Positions 11,780-26,800 of a DNA stretch of 64,000 nt are shown in pieces. Under the pieces are notes generated by a model. The model searched no databases, had not been told where the DNA came from, and was given only the letters and a program-made list of their open reading frames with translations. Origin of the DNA: Eledone cirrhosa (Eukaryota); assembly GCA_964016885.1 (NCBI GenBank), contig OZ024751.1:620001-684000 (forward strand), given 5' to 3'. Each line of letters starts with the position of its first letter. Position 1 is the first letter of the stretch. A program made the translations under genes and the position numbers.

Positions 11780-12487
11780 TTTGTATTCAATTTTATTTAT
11801 TATGGAATACTGTTGGCTTTTTGCTACAATATTTTCTACACCTTTCATTTATATATATATAAAACTCTGCGATTGCTTGCTTGTCTGTAATGTAATACAG
11901 CGAAAAGGGCGCATAATGGGAAAATACTCTGAAAGGAAGCTGCCCCTGAAATGGGAATACAAATAGAATAAAACAGTTTCGCGTAAATCAGAGCACGGGT
12001 TCCGGAGATATGAGGTTTTCTGGGTGCCTTCATAAACAAAAAGAGGGAAAGAGACATTGAGAGAGGGAGAGGAGAAGGAGAATGGAAGAGAGCTGGTGGT
12101 GTTGTGTATATATATATATATGAGTGTGTGTGTATATATATATATGTGTGTGTGTCTATGACCAGCGTATATAGATCACATATATACACACACACATACA
12201 CACTCATATATACATACACACACGTATATATTTCACATTATAAACATGTCTGTGAATATCTTAATTATTTAAAAATCATTTTTAAGTGAACATAATTAAA
12301 AAAAATATATTTCGAAGTGAACGTGAGCGAACGGGTGACGGGTGGTCTAGTATATGTTTATATATACAACCCTATGCACAATATACTCTGCTTGAATCAA
12401 CATGATCAACAGGCAATAGGTGAAACCTAAGATCCTGATCTGATGTCCTACTTATCACACACTGACACACACATATGTATGTGTATA

Positions 12488-12672
12488 TGCATATGTGTCT
12501 ATGCATGTGTGTATATATATATATACATACAGGGTCGGTGGAACTAGGGGCCCGTGACATGGCCCCCAATAATTATATTTTATGCATATGTGTCTATGTA
12601 TGTGTGTTTATATATACATACAGTGTCGGTGGAACTAGGGGCCCGTGGCATGGTCCTCAATAATTATATTTT
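12488..12672 (+). repeat. Tandem duplication (~97 bp) containing a MITE-like end CAG(G/T)GTCGGTGGAACTAGGGGCCCGTG
   Basis: Two near-identical copies, cores at ~12530 and ~12621. Confidence 0.75.
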
Positions 12673-12781
12673 TCACCCTAAACTATCAAAACACATCTAT
12701 TTGTATATGCGCTACAATTTATGGACGTGTTATATTTATTGACTGTCGAAGATTTTTTTTAGATTGTGGTTGATATTTGAT

Positions 12782-12900
12782 AATTGTTTCTACTTTTGGC
12801 ACAAGGCCATCAATTACTCAGTACATTACTGGTACTTTATTTTATCGACCCCGTAAGGATGAAAGGCAAAGTTAACCTCGGCGGGATTTGAACTCAGAAT
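12782..12900 (-). mobile_element. tRNA-derived SINE fragment
   Basis: Nearly identical to 9198-9290, including the same internal deletion relative to 59164-59390. Confidence 0.8.
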
Positions 12901-13274
12901 GGCAAGGACCGTAACTCTATGCGTCAAAGCAAGCTAAACTAATCACTACAACTAAATTGACCAATTCCCGCCCCCTCCTCCAATTCAGAAATGCCTCCAT
13001 CGCCCCTGATTTATATATCACACATATGTATATATATTTGTATGTATACATAGTTACACACAAACATACATCTTGAAACACGTGTATTGGTTATAGTTTC
13101 GTAAGAAAGGGAACAAACATACGTATGTATCCATGTACACACGTGTGTAGTAGTTCGCAGCACTTTTGTGAACCATTTCACCAGATTCTATTTCTCCAAT
13201 AACAATATCACCCAATATACATTATATCTATTCATATTCCTCCAATATATGTCAAAATATATTGATAAATTATG

Positions 13275-13304
<30 letters not shown>

Positions 13305-13306
<2 letters not shown>

Positions 13307-13350
13307 CTGATGGCTTTGTGATAAACAGGCGAAACTCCAGAGTAACTTAG
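13305..13350 (+). ncRNA. Degenerate hammerhead-like motif
   Basis: CUGAUG(G)-CUUUGUGAUAAACAGGC-GAAA-CUC-CA-GAG-UA. The core deviates at A9 and stem I is poor. Confidence 0.35.
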
Positions 13351-13626
13351 ACTCACTATTTAGCCTTAATAAAATGAATATTAAAACTTTACTTCGGTAT
13401 TGAGTACTCTTTTTTCTCAGCCGCCAACCACATAATACTGGGACACAGCATTTGAGACAAACCGTCTAACTACGGATGTAAAGTTGTCCCTCCCCATCTT
13501 CCCTTTTTCTCACTTTTCTAAATTGTTTTCTTGGTATACACACACACACACATGCACCCCTCCCCACACACATATATATATACAATGATATTAAATAAAT
13601 TGAAACTATATTTATAAAACCATATT

Positions 13627-13687
13627 TATTCTATTATATATATTTCAAAGGTACCAAAACTTTGGTACGCCCTCATCAGATAAAATA
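13627..13687 (-). ncRNA. Minimal type I hammerhead ribozyme (Penelope-like)
   Basis: UAUUUUAU-CUGAUGA-GGGC-GUACCAAA-GU-UUUGGUAC-CUUU-GAAA-UAUAUA-UA|AUAGAAUA: 8-bp stem I, 8-bp stem II core and a self-complementary short stem III. Confidence 0.6.
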
Positions 13688-13721
13688 CAAAGTTTGGTTT
13701 ATAAAAATATTGACGTAACCA

Positions 13722-13892
13722 AGTAAAAATACCTTAACGGTTTAAGTTTTTCCTGGGTATATATATATATATATATATACATATGAAAATGTTTAATCCC
13801 GACGGCAGAGCTCAAGCCGTTTTGACGGCTATTTCTGTCCAGAAATAGCCGTCGAAACGGCTTGAGCTTTGTCGTCGGGGTTAAATATTTTC

Positions 13893-13931
<39 letters not shown>

Positions 13932-13965
13932 CAGGAAAAACTTGAACCGCTAAGGTATTTTTACT
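13722..13965. repeat. ~240-bp fold-back (long inverted repeat with a 2-nt centre)
   Basis: Arms of ~116-126 bp, each with an (AT)n tract, centred on CTG-TC-CAG (13835-13842). Confidence 0.95.
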
Positions 13966-14174
13966 ACTCTTCTTCGTCTTCGTCTTCGTCTTCTTCGCCT
14001 TCTTCTAGCAGGGTTAAATATTTTCCTATTACCCACTTTTGAGTACTCTGGTGCGTTATGGTCCATCTGGTTCCTTACCACACCTCCTTCGTTATATATA
14101 TATATATATATATAAAACGAAGGAAGTGTATATATATATATATATATATTGTTCAATGAAGAAAATTTTCTTCA

Positions 14175-14640
14175 AAATGTCCTTGAAGTAGATTGACACT
14201 ACTTATTTTTTCAAATCTGGTACTTATTTTATCGACTTTTTTGTTGAACCGCTAAGTTACGTGTTATAAACAAACAATTAATTTAGACACATGCGCTCAT
14301 CATCATGATCATCGTCTTTACGCCGAACGACTCTTTTTTGAAGCAATATTTTGTAGTCGGATGAACCCATCCTGAGACTAACCCTTTTAGTCACTTCTTA
14401 CGACTCGCAGCCGCACGATTTACGTATTTTAACCGGCTTGACCCCACCTCTCATAGGCCCTGTATATATATATGCAAAAGGCAAACAGAAATAAGAAAGC
14501 AAACTATATACGACGGGCTTCCACACACTTTCTGTTCCAAATTTCACTCGCACAACACCGACCTATCCGAAGCTATCGTGGAACACATTTACTTGGTCAA
14601 GGTGCCACGCAGTGTGACTGAACCCGAAACCAAGTGGTTC
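14175..14640 (-). mobile_element. Fragmented SINE-like element(s)
   Basis: Minus strand has GGTTTCGGGTTCAGTCACACTGCGTGGCACCTTGACCAAGT (B-box-like plus core) ...GAAGCCCGTCG. The 14205-14260 part matches 9915-9975 in reverse complement. Confidence 0.6.
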
Positions 14641-14856
14641 TACAGTATTCATTTCTTTTGATCTGGGACAACGTTTAAAGAATATTGGGGGTGGGCGTTG
14701 GGCGAAGGTACTACAGTCCAATATATTGGTTCAAGAGAGGTAGATAGATCGATTAACGGTTCGTTTCTCACCTTGATCAAGAATCGAACTCAGAACTGGA
14801 AACTGGGACACAATCAGATACACGTGTTTGTCTCCAACACTTGTCCGCACAATCAT

Positions 14857-17800
14857 CCACCACCACCACCACCCTCAACAACACCCACCACCACCCTCAA
14901 CAACAACCGACACCACCACCCTCAACAACAATCAACACCATCACCACCCTCAACAACAACCGACACCACCACCACCCTCAACAACAACCGACACCACCAC
15001 CACCGTCAACCACCACCACCCTCAACAACAACCAACACCACCACCACCCTCAACAACATCAACCACAACCACCACAACCACCACCCTCAACAACAACCGA
15101 CACCACCACCCTCAACAACAACCAACACCACCACCACCACCCTCAACAACAACCAACACCACCACGCTCAACAACAACCAACACCACCACCCTCAACAAC
15201 AACCAACACCACCCTCAACAACAACCAACACAACCAACACCACCCTCAACAACAACTGACACCACCACCCTCAACAACCATCAACACCACCACCACCACC
15301 GTCAACAACAACCAACACCACCACCACCCTCAACAACAACCAACACCACCACCACCACCCTCAACAACAACCAACACCACCACCACCACCCTCAACAACA
15401 ATCGACACCACCACCCTCAACAACAACCAACACCACCACCACCACCCTCAACAACAACCAACACCACCCTCAACAACAACCAACACAACCAACACCACCC
15501 TCAACAACAATCGACACCACCACCCTCAACAACAACCAACACCACCACCACCACCCTCAACAACAACCAACACCACCCTCAACAACAACCAACACCACCA
15601 CCACCACCCTCAACAGCAATCGACACCACCACCCTCAACAACAACCACCAACCTCAACAACAACCGACACCACTGCCACCCTCAACAACAACCGACACCA
15701 CCACCACCATCCTCAACAACAACCGACACCACCACCACCACCCTCAACAACAACCAATACCACCACCACCACCCTGAACAACAAATGACACCACCAGCAC
15801 CCTTAACAACCGACACTACCACCACCACCCTCAACAACAACCAACACCACCCTCAACAACAACCAACACCACCACCACCACCCTCAACAGCAATCGACAC
15901 CACCACCCTCAACAACAACCACCAACCTCAACAACAACCGACACCACTGCCACCCTCAACAACAACCAACACCACCACCACCCTCAACAACAAATGACAC
16001 CACCAGCACCCTTAACAACAACCAACACCACCCTCAACAACAACCGACACCACCACCACCACCCTCAACAACAACCAACACCACCACCACCCTCAACAAC
16101 AAATGACACCACCACCACCCTCAACAACAACCAACACCAACACCCTCAACAACAACCACCACCACCACCACCCTCAACAACAACCAACACCACCACCACC
16201 CTCAACAACAAATGACACCACCACCACCCTCAACAACAACCAACACCAACACCCTCAACAACAACCACCACCACCCTCAACAACAACCAACACCACCACC
16301 ACCCTCAACAAAAACCGACACCACCACCACCCTCAACAACAACCAACACCACCACGCTCAACAACAACCAACACCACCACCCTCAACAACAACCAACACC
16401 ACCCTCAACAACAACCAACACAACCAACACCACCCTCAACAACAACTGACACCACCACCCTCAACAACCATCAACACCACCACCACCACCGTCAACAACA
16501 ACCAACACCACCACCACCCTCAACAACAACCAACACCACCACCACCACCCTCAACAACAACCAACACCACCACCACCACCCTCAACAACAATCGACACCA
16601 CCACCCTCAACAACAACCAACACCACCACCACCACCCTCAACAACAACCAACACCACCCTCAACAACAACCAACACCACCACCACCACCCTCAACAACAA
16701 TCGACACCACCACCCTCAACAACAACCAACACCACCACCACCACCCTCAACAACAACCAACACCACCCTCAACAACAACCAACACCACCACCACCACCCT
16801 CAACAGCAATCGACACCACCACCCTCAACAACAACCACCAACCTCAACAACAACCGACACCACTGCCACCCTCAACAACAACCGACACCACCACCACCAT
16901 CCTCAACAACAACCGACACCACCACCACCACCCTCAACAACAACCAATACCACCACCACCACCCTGAACAACAAATGACACCACCAGCACCCTTAACAAC
17001 CGACACTACCACCACCCTCAACAACAACCAACACCACCACCACCCTCAACAACAAATGACACCACCAGCACCCTTAACAACAACCAACACCACCCTCAAC
17101 AACAACCGACACCACCACCACCACCCTCAACAACAACCAACACCACCACCACCCTCAACAACAAATGACACCACCACCACCCTCAACAACAACCAACACC
17201 AACACCCTCAACAACAACCACCACCACCACCACCCTCAACAACAACCAACACCACCACCACCCTCAACAACAAATGACACCACCACCACCCTCAACAACA
17301 ACCAACACCACCACCCTCAACAACAACCACCACCACCAACACCCTCAACAACAACCACCACCACCACCACCCTCAACAACAACCAACACAACCACCACCC
17401 TCAACAACAACCAACACCACCACCAACACCCTCAACAACAACCACCACCACCACCACCCTCAACAACAACCACCACCACCCTCAACAACAACCAACACCA
17501 CCACCACCCTCAACAACAACCAACACCACCACCACCCTCAACAACAACCAACACCTCCACCACCCTCAACAACAACCAACACCACCACCACCCTCAACAA
17601 AAACCGACACCACCACCACCCTCAACAAAAACCGACACCACCACCACCCTCAACAAAAACCGACACCACCACCACCCTCAACAACAACCAACACCTCCAC
17701 CACCCTCAACAACAACCAACACCTCCACCACCCTCAACAACAACCAACACCACCACCACCCTCAACAACAACCGACACCACCACCACCCTCAACAACAAC

Positions 17801-20800
17801 CGACACCACCACCACCCTCAACAATAACCAACACCACCACCATCACCACTCTCAACAACAACCAACACCACCACCACCCTCAACAACAACCGCCACCGTC
17901 ACCAACACCACCACCCTCAACAACAACCGACACCACCACCACCCTCAACAACAACCGCCACCGTCACCAACACCACCACCCTCAACAACAACCAACGCCA
18001 CCACCACCCTCAGCAACAACCAACACCACCACCACCCTCAACAATAACCAACACCACCACCACCAGCCTCAACAACAACCGACACCACCACCACCCTCAA
18101 CAACAACCAACACCACCACCACCCTCAACAACAACCGACACCACCACCACCCTCAACAACAACCGACACCACCACCACCACCCTCAACAACAACCGACAC
18201 CATCACCACCCTCAACAACAACCAACACCACCACCACCCTCAACAACAACCGACACCAACACCACCACCCTCAACAACAACCAACACCACCACCACCACC
18301 CTCAACAACAACCAACACCACCACCACCCTCAACAACAACCAACACCACCACCACCACCCTCAACAACAACCAACACCACAACCACCTCCCTCAACAACA
18401 ACCAACACCTCCACCACCCTCAACAACAACCAACACCACCACCACCCTCAACAAAAACCGACACCACCACCACCCTCAACAAAAACCGACACCACCACCA
18501 CCCTCAACAAAAACCGACACCACCACCACCCTCAACAACAACCAACACCTCCACCACCCTCAACAACAACCAACACCTCCACCACCCTCAACAACAACCA
18601 ACACCACCACCACCCTCAACAACAACCGACACCACCACCACCCTCAACAACAACCGACACCACCACCACCCTCAACAATAACCAACACCACCACCATCAC
18701 CACTCTCAACAACAACCAACACCACCACCACCCTCAACAACAACCGCCACCGTCACCAACACCACCACCCTCAACAACAACCGACACCACCACCACCCTC
18801 AACAACAACCGCCACCGTCACCAACACCACCACCCTCAACAACAACCAACGCCACCACCACCCTCAGCAACAACCAACACCACCACCACCCTCAACAATA
18901 ACCAACACCACCACCACCAGCCTCAACAACAACCGACACCACCACCACCCTCAACAACAACCAACACCACCACCACCCTCAACAACAACCGACACCACCA
19001 CCACCCTCAACAACAACCGACACCACCACCACCACCCTCAACAACAACCGACACCATCACCACCCTCAACAACAACCAACACCACCACCACCCTCAACAA
19101 CAACCGACAACAACACCACCACCCTCAACAACAACCAACACCACCACCACCACCCTCAACAACAACCAACACCACCACCACCCTCAACAACAACCAACAC
19201 CACCACCACCACCCTCAACAACAACCAACACCACAACCACCTCCCTCAACAACAACCAACACCACCACCACCCTCAACAATAACCAACACCACCACCACC
19301 CTCAACAACAACCAACACCACCACCACCACCCTCAACAACAACCAACACCACCACCACCCTCAACAATAACCAACACCACCACCACCCTCAACAACAACC
19401 AACACCACCACCACCACCCTCAACAACAACCAACACCACCACCACCACCCTCAACAACAACCAACACCACCACCACCACCCTCAACAACAACCAACACCA
19501 CCACCACCACCCTCAACAACAACCAACACCACCACCAGCCTCAACAACAACCAACACCACCACCACCACCCTCAACAACAACCAACACCACCACCACCCT
19601 CAACAACAACCACCACCACCACCACCCTCAACAACAACCAACACCACCACCACCACCCTCAACAACAACGGACACCACCACCACCCTCAACAACAACCAC
19701 CACCACCACCACCCTCAACAACAACCAACACCACCACCACCACCCTCAACAACAACCAACACCACCACCACCACCCTCAACAACAACCAACACCACCACC
19801 ACCACCCTCAACAACAACCAACACCACCACCAGCCTCAACAACAACGGACACCACCACCACCCTCAACAACAACCAACACCACCACCACCACCCTCAACA
19901 ACAACCAACACCACCACCACCAGCCTCAACAACAACGGACACCACCACCACCCTCAACAACAACCACCACCACCACCACCCTCAACAACAACCAACACCA
20001 CCACCACCCTCAACAACAACCAACACAACCACCACCCTCAACAACAACCAACACCACCACCAGCCTCAACAACAACGGACACCACCACCACCCTCAACAA
20101 CAACCAACACCACCACCACCACCCTCAACAACAACCAACACCACCACCACCAGCCTCAACAACAACGGACACCACCACCACCCTCAACAACAACCACCAC
20201 CACCACCACCCTCAACAACAACCAACACCACCACCACCCTCAACAACAACCACCACCACCACCACCCTCAACAACAACCAACACCACCACCACCACCCTC
20301 AACAACAACCAACACCACCACCAGCCTCAACAACAACGGACACCACCACCACCCTCAACAACAACCACCACCACCACCACCCTCAACAACAACCGACACC
20401 ACCACCACCCTCAACAACAACCAACATCACCACCACCCTCAACAACAACCGACACCACCACCACCCTCAACAACAACCGACACCACCACCACCACCCTCA
20501 ACAACAACCGACACCATCACCACCCTCAACAACAACCAACACCACCACCACCCTCAACAACAACCGACACCAACACCACCACCCTCAACAACAACCAACA
20601 CCACCACCACCACCCTCAACAACAACCAACACCACCACCACCACCCTCAACAACAACCAACACCACCACCACCCTCAACAACAACCAACACCACCACCAC
20701 CACCCTCAACAACAACCAACACCACAACCACCTCCCTCAACAACAACCAACACCACCACCACCCTCAACAATAACCAACACCACCACCACCCTCAACAAC

Positions 20801-23800
20801 AACCAACACCACCACCACCACCCTCAACAACAACCAACACCACCACCACCCTCAACAATAACCAACACCACCACCACCCTCAACAACAACCAACACCACC
20901 ACCACCACCCTCAACAACAACCAACACCACCACCACCACCCTCAACAACAACCAACACCACCACCACCACCCTCAACAACAACCAACACCACCACCACCA
21001 CCCTCAACAACAACCAACACCACCACCACCACCCTCAACAACAACCAACACCACCACCACCACCCTCAACAACAACCAACACCACCACCACCACCCTCAA
21101 CAACAACCAACACCACCACCAGCCTCAACAACAACGGACACCACCACCACCCTCAACAACAACCAACATCACCACCACCCTCAACAACAACCAACACCAC
21201 CACCACCACCCTCAACAACAACCAACACCACCACCACCACCCTCAACAACAACCGACACCACCACCACCCTCAACAACAACCACCACCACCACCACCCTC
21301 AACAACAACCAACATCACCACCACCACCACCCTCAACAACAACCAACACCACCACCACCACCCTCAACAACAACCAACACCACCACCACCACCCTCAACA
21401 ACAACCGACACCACCACCACCCTCAACAACAACCGACACCACCACCACCACCCTCAACAACAACCAACACCACCACCACCACCCTCAACAACAACCGACA
21501 CCACCACCACTACCCTCAACAACAACCGACACCACCACCACTACCCTCAACAACAACCAACACCACCACCACCACCCTCAACAACAACCAACACCACCAC
21601 CACCACCCTCAACAACAACCGACACCACCACCACCCTCAACAACAACCGACACCACCACCACCACCCTCAACAACAACCAACACCACCACCACCACCCTC
21701 AACAACAACCAACACCACCACCACCACCCTCAACAACAACCGACACCACCACCACTACCCTCAACAACAACCGACACCACCACCACCCTCAACAACAACC
21801 AACACCACCACCACCACCACCCTCAACAACAACCAACACCACCCCCACCCCCACCCTCAACAACCAACACCACCCCCACCCTCAACAACCAACACCACCA
21901 CCACCCTCAACAACAACCAACACCACCACCACCCTCAACAACAACCAACACAACCCCCACCCTCAACAACAACCAACATCACCACCACCCTCAACAACAA
22001 CCGACACCATCACCACCACCCTCAACAACAACCGACACCACCACCACCCTCAACAACAACCGACACCACCACCACCACCCTCAACAACAACCAACACCAC
22101 CACCACCACCCTTAACAACAACCGACACCATCACCACCACCCTCAACAACAACCTACACCACCCCACCCTCAACAACAACCAACACCACCACCACCCTCA
22201 ACAACAACCAACACCACCACCACCCTCAACAACAACCAACACCACCACCACCCTCAACAACAACCAACACCACCCCCACCCTCAACAACAACCAACACCA
22301 CCACCACCCTCAACAACAACCAACACCACCACCACCCTCAACAACAACCAACACCACCCCCCACCCTCAACAACAACCGACACCATCACCACCACCCTCA
22401 ACAACAACCGACACCACCACCACCCTCAACAACAACCGACACCATCACCACCACCCTCAACAACAACCGACACCACCACCACCCTCAACAACAACCGACA
22501 CCACCACCACCCTCAACAACAACCAACACCACCCCACCCTCAACAACAACCAACACCACCCCACCCTCAACAACAACCAACACCAAAACCACCACCACCC
22601 TCAACAACAACCGACACCATCACCACCCTCAACAACAACCGACACCACCACCACCCTCAACAACAACCGACACCACCACCACCCTCAACAACAACCGACA
22701 CCACCACCACCCTCAACAACAACCGACACCATCACCACCACCCTCAACAACAACCGACACCACCACCACCCTCAACAACAACCGACACCACCACCACCCT
22801 CAACAACAACCAACACCACCCCACCCTCAACAACAAGCAACACCACCCCACCCTCAACAACAACCAACACCAACACCACCACCACCCTCAACAACAACCG
22901 ACACCATCACCACCCTCAACAACAACCGACACCACCACCACCCTCAACAACAACCGACACCACCACCACCCTCAACAACAACCGACACCACCACCACCCT
23001 CAACAACAACCGACACAACCACCACCACCCTCAACAACAACCAACACCACCACCACCACCCTCAACAACAACCGACACCATCACCACCACCCTCAACAAC
23101 AACCGACACCACCACCACCCTCAACAACAACCAACACCACCCCACCCTCAACAACAACCGACACCACCACCACCCTCAACAACAACCAACACTACCCCAC
23201 CCTCAACAACAACCAACACCACCCCACCCTCAACAACAACCAACACCACCACCACCCTCAACAACAACCGACACCACCACCACCCTCAACAACAACCGAC
23301 ACCATCACCACCAGCCTCAACAACAACCAACACCACCACCACCCTCAACAACAACCAACACCAACATCACCCTCAACAACAACCAACACCACCACCACCA
23401 CCCTCAACAACAACCGACACCACCACCACCCTCAACAACAACCAACACCACCACCACCACCCTCAACAACAACCGATACCACCACCACCACCCTCAACAA
23501 CAACCGACACCACCACCACCCTCAACAACCAACGCCACCACCACCCTCAACAACAAGCGACACCACCACCACCCTCAACAACAACCAACACCACCACCAC
23601 CACCCTCAACAACAACCAACACCACCACCACCCTCAACAACAACCGCCACCGTCACCAACACCACCACCCTCAACAACAACCGACACCACCACCACCCTC
23701 AACAACAACCAACGCCACCACCACCCTCAACAACAACCGCCACCGTCACCAACACCACCACCCTCAACAACAACCGACACCACCACCACCCTCAACAACA

Positions 23801-26800
23801 ACCAACGCCACCACCACCCTCAACAACAACCGACACCACCACCACCCTCAACAACAACCAACACCACCACCACCACCCTCAACAACAACCAACGCCACCA
23901 CCACCCTCAACAACAACCGACACCACCACCACCCTCAACAACAACCAACACCACCACCACCACCCTCAACAACAACCAACGCCACCACCACCCTCAACAA
24001 CAACCGACACCACCACCACCCTCAACAACAACCAACACCACCACCACCACCCTCAACAACAACCAACGCCACCACCACCCTCAACAACAACCGACACCGT
24101 CACCAACACCACCACCCTCAACAACAACCGACACCACCACCACCCTCAACAACAACCAACGCCACCACCACCCTCAACAACAACCGACACCACCACCACC
24201 CTCAACAACAACCAACACCACCACCACCACCCTCAACAACAACCGCCACCGTCACCAACACCACCACCCTCAACAACAACCGACACCACCACCACCCTCA
24301 ACAACAACCAACGCCACCACCACCCTCAACAACAACCGACACCACCACCACCCTCAACAACAACCAACACCACCACCACCACCCTCAACAACAACCAACA
24401 CCACCACCACCCTCAACAATAACCAACACCACCACCACCAGCCTCAACAACAACCGACACCACCACCACCCTCAACAACAACCAACACCACCACCACCAC
24501 CCTCAACAATAACCAACACCACCACCACCAGCCTCAACAACAACCGACACCACCACCACCCTCAACAACAACCAACACCACCACCACCCTTAACAACAAC
24601 CGACACCACCACCACCCTCAACAACAACCGACACCACCACCACCACCCTCAACAACAACCGACACCATCACCACCACCCTCAACAACAACCGACACCATC
24701 ACCACCACCCTCAACAACAACCGACACCACCACCACCCTCAACAACAACTGACACCACCACAACCCTCAACAACAACCGACACCACCACCCTCAACAACA
24801 ACCAACACAACCACCACCCTCAACAACAACCAACACCACCACCCTCAACAACAACCAACACAACCACCACCCTCAACAACAACCAACACCACCACCACCA
24901 CCACCCTCAACAACAACCGACACCACCACCCTCAACAACAACCAACACAACCACCACCCTCAACAACAACCAACACCACCACCACCCTCAACAACAACCA
25001 ACACCACCACCACCACCCTCAACAACAACCGACACCACCACCACCCTCAACAACAACCGACACCACTACCACCCTCAACAACAACCAACACCACCACCAC
25101 CCTCAACCACAACCGACACCACTACCACCACCCTCAACCACAACCACCACTACCACCACCCTCAACAACAACCACAACCACCACCCTCAACAACAACCGA
25201 CACGACTACCACCACCCTCAACCCAACCACCACCACCACCACCCTCAACAACAACCACAACCACCACCCTCAACAACAACCAACACAACCACCACCCTCA
25301 ACAACAACCAACACAACCACCACACTCAACAACAACCACACCACCACCACCACCCTCAACAACAACCAACACCAACATCACCACCCTCAACAACAACCAA
25401 CACCAACATCACCACCCTCAACAACAACCGACACCACCACCACCCTCAACAACAACCGACACCACCACCACCCTCAACAACAACCAACACCACCACCACC
25501 ACCACCCTCAACAACAACCGACACCACCACCACCCTCAACAACAACCAACACAACCACCACCCTCAACAACAACCAACACCACCACCACCCTCAACAACA
25601 ACCAACACCACCACCACCACCCTCAACAACAACCGACACCACCACCACCCTCAACAACAACCGACACCACTACCACCCTCAACAACAACCAACACCACCA
25701 CCACCCTCAACAACAACCAACACCACCACCACCACCCTCAACAACAACCGACACCACCACCACCCTCAACAACAACCAACACCACCACCACCCTCAACAA
25801 CAACCGACACCACCACCACCCTCAACAACAACCAACACCACCACCCTCAACAACAACCGACACCACCACCACCACCCTCAACAACAACCAACACCACCAC
25901 CACCCTCAACAACAACCGACACCACCACCACCACCCTCAACAACAACCAACACCACCACCACCACCCTCAACAACAACCAACACCACCACCAGCCTCAAC
26001 AACAACCGACACCACCACCACCCTCAACAACAACCAACACCACCACCACCACCCTCAACAATAACCAACACCACCACCACCAGCCTCAACAACAACCGAC
26101 ACCACCACCACCCTCAACAACAACCAACACCACCACCACCCTTAACAACAACCGACACCACCACCACCCTCAACAACAACCGACACCACCACCACCACCC
26201 TCAACAACAACCGACACCATCACCACCCTCAACAACAACCAACACCACCACCACCCTCAACAACAACCGACACCAACACCACCACCCTCAACAACAACCA
26301 ACACCACCACCACCACCCTCAACAACAGCCAACACCACCACCACCCTCAACAACAACCAACACCACCACCACCACCCTCAACAACAACCAACACCACCAC
26401 CACCACCCTTAACAACAACCAACACCACCACCACCCTCAACAATAACCAACACCACCACCACCATCCTCAACAACAACCGACACCACCACCACCCTCAAC
26501 AACAACCACCACCACCACCACCCTCAACAACAACCGACACCACCACCACCCTCAACAACAACCGACACCACCACCACTACCCTCAACAACAACCGACACC
26601 ACCACCACCACCACCCTCAACAACAACCAACACCACCACCACCACCACACTCAACAACAACCAACACCACCACCACCCCCACCCTCAACAACAACCAACA
26701 CCACCCCCACCCTCAACAACAACCAACACCACCACCACCCTCAACAACAACCAACACCACGACCACCCTCAACAACAACCAACACCACCACCACCCTCAA

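Noticed and set aside
12315-12352. Helitron 3' end (…GGTCTAG|T)
   Set aside because: The subterminal hairpin is not convincing and no 5' end is identifiable.
14698-18047. Long P/T/Q/N/H-rich ORFs resembling mucin or extensin
   Set aside because: All three frames give the same cyclic peptide because the unit length is 1 mod 3 and the strand is T-poor. This is a by-product of the satellite.
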